From NCBI GenBank assembly GCA_964650295.1, contig CAZYSY010000095.1, forward strand, positions 74 through 64,073: a stretch of 64,000 bases of DNA. Reading direction: 5' to 3'. This DNA comes from an uncultured Caldilineales bacterium. Its GTDB lineage: Bacteria; Chloroflexota; Anaerolineae; J102. The translations under genes were made by a program, and so were the position numbers. Under the pieces are notes generated by a model that saw nothing but the letters and a program-made list of their open reading frames with translations, was not told the origin of the DNA and made no database searches. This document shows, piece after piece, positions 54,328-63,300 of the stretch (its first letter is position 1; each line of letters begins with the position of its first letter).

Positions 54328-57300
54328 ATGACCGACGAACAACACCTCTCCCCATCCGATTTACCACCAGAACCTAAGGCCGAGGAGGAGGTCTTTGTAT
54401 TTCCCACCACCTTTGGCCAAAAGCGGTTGTGGTTCCTGGATCAATTCGAGCCTGATAGCCCTTTCTATAACATTCCTATGGTTTTGCGCATTGGCGGGCC
54501 GTTGCAGGTGGATGTATTGACGCGGGCTTTGAATGGGGTGATTCAACGACATGAGATCTTGCGCACCACTTTTGCGGTGATGGATGGCGAGCCCGTGCAG
54601 GTCATTTCTCCTCGCTTGTCGCTGGAAATCCCGTTGGAGGATTTGAGTCATCTTCCCGCAGAGGTGCGTGAGCAAGAGGCGCTGCGCCAGGCCATGCAAG
54701 AAGCGAAACGACCTTTTAATCTCTCCACTGGCCCCCTGCTGCGCGGCAAGATCATTCGCTTGCAGCCGCAAGAGCACATCATTCTCTTTACCATGCACCA
54801 CATCATCTCTGATGGTTGGTCCATGGGGATTTTTGTGCGAGAGATCGCCATTCTGTACAATGCTTTTTCTCAGGGACGGCCATCTCCTCTGCCCGAGTTG
54901 CCCATCCAATATGCCGATTATGCGTTGTGGCAGGAGGAGCAGTTGCAAGGTGAGACGTTGGAACGACAACTGAGGTATTGGCAGGAAAAATTGGGCGGGG
55001 AGTTGTCCTTGCTGGAACTGCCCAGCGATAGACCTCGGCCCGCAGTGCTGAGTTCGCGCGGAGCCACAGTGGCGCGACATCTACCCGAAAAACTGGTCAC
55101 GGGCCTGAAGAAGCTGGCCAACGAAGAGGGGGCAACCTTGTTCATGGTTTTATTGGCTGCGTTTCAGACTCTGCTCTATCGCTACACTGGCCAGGAAGAC
55201 ATTAGCGTGGGCTCGCCCATCGCCAACCGCACGCTGCCAGAGGTGGAGCCCCTCATCGGGCTTTTCATCAATACTCTGGTCTTTCGCACCGATCTGTCTG
55301 GCGACCCTAGCTTCCGTGAGTTGGTGCGGCGGGTGCGGGAAACCGCACTGGGTGCGTTTGCCCACCAGGACCTGCCTTTCGAGCAGCTGGTAGAGGCGTT
55401 GCAGCCTGAACGAGATATGAGCCATACGCCTCTATTTCAGGTGATGTTCATCCTGCAGAACGCGCCCATGCAGGCCCAACCCGTAGGAGATTTGGTTTTC
55501 AGCAGTATCGATGTGGATGCGGGTACGGCCACTTTCGATTTGACGTTGGCCATGACCGAACTGGCCGATGGATTCGATGCATCGGTGGAGTATAGCACCG
55601 ATCTTTTCGACGAGCCCACCATTCAGCGTCTATTGGATCATTTCCAGACCCTGTTGGAAGGCGTGATTGCCCAACCCGACGTAGCCATTAGCGCTTTACC
55701 CATCATGTCTGCGGCGGAGCTTGAACGGCTGCAGGCGATGTGGGCTCCAGCACATCAGGTTTTGCCCTCCACCGATGTAGCGCAGCTCATTGCAGAGCAG
55801 GCGCAGGTCTCGCCCACGGCGATCGCTGTGGAGCAGGGCCAGGTGCAGTTGAGTTATGCCGAACTGAACCGGCGCGCCAATCAGCTGGCGCATTATCTGC
55901 AAACGCTGGGGGTGGGGCCTGATGTGTTGGTGGGGATCAGTCTACCTCGTTCTCCTCAGTTGATTGTGGGATTGCTTGGCATTCTCAAGGCAGGGGGCGC
56001 TTATCTGCCCCTAGACCCATCCTATCCTGCCGATCGTCTCACGTTCATGGTGCAGGATGCCGGGCTGGAATATTTACTGACACAAACCGATTTGAGTTCC
56101 TTGCCCGCGTTTGCCCATGTCTCTACCGTGGTGGCCTTAGATGAGTTGGAGGGAACACTGGCGCAACAGCCCGGAAGCGATCCTGAACTGGCGGTAGCAG
56201 GCTCACATCTGGCCTATATCATCTACACATCTGGCTCCACGGGCCAACCCAAAGGCGTGGCTGTGACAAGACGCGCTTTGCTGAACCATAATCTGGCTGT
56301 GGCGGATTTGTTCGAGTTGACGCCTGAAGATCGGGTGTTGCAGTTTGCCACCATCAATTTCGACGCCGCTGTAGAAGAGATTTTCCCCACCTTACAACAG
56401 GGGGCAACCCTGGTCCTGCGGAAAGCGGGAGATGTCATTTCTCCTCTGGAACTGACCCGCATGGTAGCGGAGAAACGACTAACTTTCCTGGATCTACCCA
56501 CCGCGTACTGGCATCAGTGGGTGCAGGAACTGGCGCGAGCAGGCATGGCTTTGCCCGATTCATTGCGTTTGCTGGTGGTGGGAGGCGAAAAGGTTGAGCC
56601 AGCTCGCTATGACGCCTGGCGTAAACTGGCAGGCCCTGATGTGATCTGGCTCAATACCTACGGCCCCACCGAAACTACCATCATCGCCACTTCCTACAAT
56701 CCCGCCTCTTGGGAAGATCACCGTCCGGGCCAGGAGCTTCCTATTGGCCTGCCTTTGCCCAATGTGCGTTGCTACGTGTTGGATCAGCATCTGCAACCTG
56801 CGCCGGTGGGCGTGCCCGGAGAATTGTGGATTGGCGGCGAAGCCCTGGCCAGGGGCTATTTACACCGGCCCGAGCTGACGGCATCTTCATTTTTGCCTGA
56901 TCCTTTTGCCGCTGAACCTGGAGCTCGCATGTATCGCACCGGTGATTTGGTTCGTTTTCGCCCCGATGGCAGGCTGGAGTATCTGGGAAGGGTGGACACC
57001 CAGGTGAAGATTCGTGGCTATCGCATCGAACCGGGCGAGGTGGAATCGATGCTGAGCAGACATCCGGGTCTGCGTGAGTGTGCGGTGGTGGCGGTTACAG
57101 ATCCTGCGGGCAACAAACGCCTGGTGGCCTATGTGACGCCCGCACAGCAGCCTTCTCCCTCACCCGGGGAATTGCGTCGCTATCTGCTGGAGCGCCTCCC
57201 CGAATACATGGTTCCTTCCTTGTTCATGTTGCTGGAAGAACTGCCTCTGACCCCCACAGGCAAGTTGGATCGCAGGCATCTGCCTGAGCCCAACTGGGAG

Positions 57301-60300
57301 GAGCGGATTAGTGAGAAGGAGTTTGTTTCTCCTCGCACTCCCACCGAAGAAATGATGACCGGTCTCTGGCGCGAGGTGTTGGGGTTGAGCCACATCAGCG
57401 TCTTGGATGATTTCTTCGAGTTGGGGGGGCATAGCCTGCTGGCAACGCAGCTGCTTTCCCGCATCCGCGAAAGTTTTAATATCGAATTGCCTTTGCGCGT
57501 TATCTTCGAATCCTCTATCCTGGCCGATTTGGCGGAGATGGTCGATGTGGCCCAACGTAGCGCCGCTGGCCTGGCTCCTCCTCCCATCCGGCCTGCCCCC
57601 CGCCAGGGTCCCCAACCTGTTTCTTTTGCCCAGCAACGCTTGTGGTTCCTGGATCAACTCGAGCCCAATAGTCCCTACTACAACATCCCTGAGGGTATGC
57701 GGGTTCGGGGCCCCCTGGATGTGAATGTCCTGGAACGCTGCCTGAACGAAGAGGTGCGACGGCATGAGTCCTTACGCACCACCTTTAGCACGGTGGATGG
57801 CAAACCTGTGCAAGTCATCCATCCCCAACTCTCGTTGCATGTTTCTGTCGTCGATCTTAGCCATCTGCCTCGCGCAAAGCGAGAGGCGGAAGTCATGCGG
57901 TGGTCCCGCGAAGAGGCCCGCACACCTTTCGTGCTTTCCGAAGGGCCTTTGCTGCGGATGCGGGTGTTGCGGCTGGCCGCAGATGAGCATGTCATCCTCA
58001 CCACCATGCACCACATCATCAGTGATGAATGGTCGGCCAATGTCTTTAGTCGTGAGATTGCAATTCTTTACGACGCCTTTTCTCATGGTCGACCTTCACC
58101 CCTGCCCGATCTACCTATCCAATATGCAGATTTTGCTCGCTGGCAGCGGGAATGGTTACAGGGCGAAGTGTTGGAGGCGCAATTAGCCTATTGGCGTGAA
58201 CAATTGCAGGGCGCTCCCGCCTTACTGGAACTGCCCACCGATTATCCCCGTCCTCCCATTCAGACCTATGCGGGCGATTATATGGCCTTCAAGCTTTCGC
58301 CCCAGCTCAGCGCGGACATCAAGCAGCTGTTCCAGCAAGAGGGCGTGACGCTGTTCATGGGATTGTTGGCCGCGTTCAAGACCTTACTCTATCGCTATTC
58401 GGGGCAAGAAGATATTGTAGTGGGCACTCCCATCGCCAACCGTACCCGGGCCGAACTGGAAAATATCATCGGCTTTTTCGTCAACACCCTGGTGTTACGC
58501 ACCCATCTGAGTGGTGAACCCACATTTCGAGAGGTGTTGCAGCGGGTGCGCGAGACCTCCTTGGGCGCTTATGCGCATCAGGATACGCCTTTCGAGATGT
58601 TGGTGGACGAGCTACAGCCGAAGCGAGACCTGAGCCATTCTCCGCTGTTTCAGGTGATGTTTGTCATCCAAAACGCTCGGCCGGGCGAAGCTCAGGTCAT
58701 GTCTGATTTGTTGCTAACGCCGCTGGAGGCTCATAGCGGCGCCGCCAAGTTTGATTTGACCATGTTCGTGCTGGATGAGCCAGATGGCCTGAGCGGCGCT
58801 CTAGAATACAACACCGATCTCTTTGCCGCCTCCACCATCGAGCGGATGCTGGCACATTTTCAAAATCTGTTAACCGCGTTGGTGGCTGAACCAGATCTGC
58901 CCATCTCCCGCCTGTCGCTGCTGAGTCAAGATGAGCGACATTACCTTTTGCATGAATGGAACAATACTGCCGCACCCTATCCTGACCTCTGCGTGCATGA
59001 TCTAGTGCAGGCGCAGGTGCAGCGCACTCCGCAAGCTGTCGCAGTCACTGATGGCGAAAGTGTTCTGACCTACGCCCAACTTGACGCTCAGGCTAATCAG
59101 GTAGCTCATTTTCTGCGCAGTCAGGGGGTGGGGCCAGATGATCTGGTGGGAGTCATGATGCACCGAACTCCCGATGTTGTGTCCTCTCTTCTGGGAGTGC
59201 TGAAGGCTGGGGCCGCGTATGCGCCTATGGATCCCACCTATCCCGCAGAACGCATTCGCTACATGATTCAGGATGCAAATATTCGAGTATTACTCATCGA
59301 TGGTGATGTGCGACGGGATGCTGGTTGGTGGGACGTGCTGCAAGCAGCATTGGCCGATGTATTGGTGATCTCTCTGGATCATCCCGCCATCGTCTCTCAG
59401 CCCACGACCAGTCCCGCCCCCCTGGCTGCGCCCCACCATCTGGCTTATGTGATCTACACCTCGGGCTCCACCGGAAGACCCAAAGGCGTGATGTTGGAGC
59501 ATCGCAATGTGGTCAACTATCTCACTTGGTGTCAGCATGCTTATCCCGTCGGCCAAGGCGTGGGGTCCCCGGTTCACTCCTCCATCTCCTTCGATCTTAC
59601 AGTCACCAGCATATTCACTCCCCTGATCAGCGGCGGAGCGGTGCGTCTGGTGAGGGAGGATGCAGGCATCGAAGGTTTGGGCGAGGCCATGTTGGAAAGC
59701 GACGGATTCAGTCTGGTCAAGCTCACTCCCGCCCATCTCGAGTTGTTGAGCCAACAAATATCGCCCCAACAGGCGGCGACGTGCACCCGCGCCTTTATCA
59801 TTGGCGGCGAAGCCCTGATGCCGGGACATATTGCCTTCTGGCGTGAACATGCGCCCGAGGTGAAGTTGGTGAATGAGTACGGTCCCACTGAGACCGCGGT
59901 GGGATGTTGCGTTTATACAGCATCGCCTGATGTACGTTACGAAAGTTCCATTCCCATTGGTCGCCCCATCATCAATGCTCGTCTCTATGTGTTGGATGAA
60001 TATCTTGAGCCTGTGCCCATTGGCGTGCCAGGTGAGCTTTACATCGCGGGCGCAGGCGTGGGCAGAGGCTACCTCCACCAGCCAGACCTGACCGCAGAGC
60101 GATTTTTGCCCGATCCCTTTAATTCTGAACCTGGCTCCCGCATGTATCGCACTGGCGATCTGGCCCGTCATACTATTCATGGCGAACTGGAATTCCTGGG
60201 ACGGATCGATTATCAAGTGAAAGTGCGAGGCTTCCGTATTGAACTGGGCGAGATTGAGGCCAACCTGGCAGAATTCCCTGGCTTGCGTGATGTAATCGTG

Positions 60301-63300
60301 TTGGCGCGCGAAGATACGCCAGGACAAAAGCGTCTGGTGGCCTATGTGCGTGCAGCGGCGGGAACAGAGGTTAGACTGTCTGAGCTTCGGGAATTTTTAC
60401 GAGATCGCCTGCCCGAATACATGATTCCCGCGGCCTTTGTGGTGCTGGATGAATTTCCTCTGACGCCCAATGGCAAAGTAGACCGCAAAGCCTTGCCCGC
60501 GCCTGATGTCCGTCGAGATGAATTGGATAAACCCTATGTGGCCCCACGCACGCCGGTGGAGGAATTTTTGGCGCAACAGTTCCAGGAAGTGTTGGGCGTG
60601 GAACGCGTCGGCATTCATGACAACTTCTTCGAACTGGGGGGCGATTCATTGCAAGCCGCAACGTTCATCAATCGTCTCCAGGAGAAATTCCAGGTGGCCA
60701 CTCGTGTGCGTTCAATCTTCTTGGCGCCCACTGTGGCTGAACTGGCCTATTACCTGCAAGAATATTACCCGACCATTGTCTCCCAAATCGCCCACGGCGA
60801 ACAAGAAACCATCCCCGATGAGCTGCGTCATGAATTGCTGCAAGCCACCACCGTCATCGATGGCGATGTTGTGGCCGCTTTTCGGCAATTGATTCCTGCT
60901 GCGCCGCAAAGGGAGACGCTCGCGCCAGCAGGAAAGAACCCTCCGGCAGTGTTCATCATCTCCCCGCCCCGTTCTGGCTCAACCCTGTTGCGAGTGATGT
61001 TGGCGGGGCATCCTCAGCTCTTCGCTCCTCCTGAGCTCGATTTACTCTCCTTCGCCACCATGTCCGAGCGACGACGCGCCTTTCGCGGGCGTTACGAATT
61101 CTGGCTAGAAGGTGCAATCAAGGCCGTGTCTGAGGCCCGCGGCATTTCTGTGGCTGAGGCGGAGCAATTGCTCAGCCAGTATGAGGCCCAGGACATGAGC
61201 ACCCGGCAGTTTTACGCCTTGCTGCAGGAATGGATCGGCGAACGGTTGTTGGTGGACAAGACGCCCGTCTACGCGCTGAACCTGGATGTTTTGCAGCGGG
61301 CGGAAATAGATTTCGAAAACGCCCTTTACATCCATCTGGTGCGCAATCCCTACGCCACCATTTATTCCTTCGTCGAAGCCAGATTGGATAATCTATTTTG
61401 CCGTTTCGAGCATCCATATAGCCGTCGCGAACTGGCTGAGCTCACCTGGATTGTCAGCCATCAAAACATCTTGCACTTCCTGGCAGATATCCCCGACTCC
61501 AGGCAACATCGCATTTATTACGAGGATATGGTGAGACACCCCCAGGAGGAAATGCAGCGCTTAAGCGATTTTCTTGGCATCACCTACCACCCAGACATGA
61601 CTCGTCCCTATCTGGGCGATCGTATGACCTCGGGCCTAAAACCCGGCATGCAGATGGTGGGAGATTTCAAGTTCTATTTACACAAAGGCATCGACGCTAA
61701 CGCCGCCAACCGGTGGCGTAAGCGACATATCGGGAACTTCCTTAGCGGTGTGGGCGTCGAACTGGCCCGCAGCCTGGGTTATGATGAATCAAGCCTCTTT
61801 GTGCCGCCAGTGGGTAGCATCTCCACCTGGCTACCCATCCAGCCCGCGCCCAGAGATGGTGATTTACCCCTTTCTTTTGCCCAGCAGCGCCTGTGGTATC
61901 TGGATCAGATCGAGCCCGGCAACCCCTTCTACAACATGCCCACCGCAGTGCGATTGCAAGGGGAGTTGGATGTGGCGGCGCTCTCCGCGGCCATCAATGA
62001 GATCGTACGCAGGCACGAAACCTTACGCACCAGCATTATCACCGAGGTGGGAGAGCCCCGACAAGAGATTTCTCCCCACGCTCAGGTAGTCTTGCGAGTC
62101 ATCGATCTTTCTTTCCTGCCTGCACCTGAACGTGAGGAGCAAGCCCAGGCCATGGCCGAAGAAGAAGCCGAGACGCCTTTTTATCTGGATCATGGTCCCC
62201 TATTCCGGGCGCGGTTGCTACGCCTGGCCACAGAGGATCATGTGCTGTTACTCACCTTCCACCACATCATCTCCGATGGTTGGTCGATGCGGGTATTTGT
62301 GCGAGAGCTTGCCACCCTCTATCGCTCATTCCGGCAAGGAAAACCCTCCCCTCTCCCCGAGCTGCCCATCCAGTACGCCGATTTTGCCTACTGGCAGCGA
62401 CAATGGTTTCAGGGGGAGGCATTGGAAGCGGAGCTAAACTATTGGCGACAACAACTGGAGGGGGCGCCTGTCTTGCTGGAGCTTCCTAGCGACCATCCTC
62501 GCCCTCCAGTGCAAACCTATCATGGCGCCGCCTTATATTTCTCGGTTCCCCCAAACCTGGTGCGGCGTCTGGAAGCATTGAGCCAACGTGAAGGCGTCAC
62601 CCTATTCATGACGTTGCTGGCCGCATTTCAGACCCTGCTGCACCGCTACTCCCGTCAGGATGATATCTGCGTCGGCGCTCCCATTGCTAATCGTCCCCGC
62701 GCCGAGTTGGAGTCACTCATCGGTTTCTTCGTCAACACCCTAGTAATGCGCACCGATCTCTCGGGCGCTCCCAGCTTCAGCGAATTGTTGCAGCGGGTGC
62801 GCGAGACCGCCATCGGCGCATACGATCATCAAGATTTGCCCTTCGAATATCTGGTGGATCATCTGGGCGTGGAGCGCAGCCTGAGTCATAGTCCCCTCTT
62901 CCAAGTCATGTTCACTCTGGATTCAGCCGCGGCCACAACTCAGGAAGTGAGACTTTCAGAACTCACCATCCGCGCGGTGGAAACCGATGTCACCACCGCT
63001 CGCTTCGATCTGGTGCTTTCGATGATTCAGGATGGTGATAGTCTGGCCGGGGCCATGGAGTACAACACCGATTTGTTCGAGGAGGAGACCATTCAGCGCA
63101 TGGTGGAGCATTTCCTCACTCTGCTGGAGGACGTTGCGGTTCGCCCCAACGCGTCGATCGAGCATCTGCGGCTGATGTCTACAGCTGAGATAGCACAGGT
63201 GCGGGCCTGGAATGCAACCGAGAGCGACGTCCCTCTGCATGAGCCGGTCTTCTTGCGCATCCAACAGCATGCACGAACACAACCCCAGGCAGTGGCTGTG

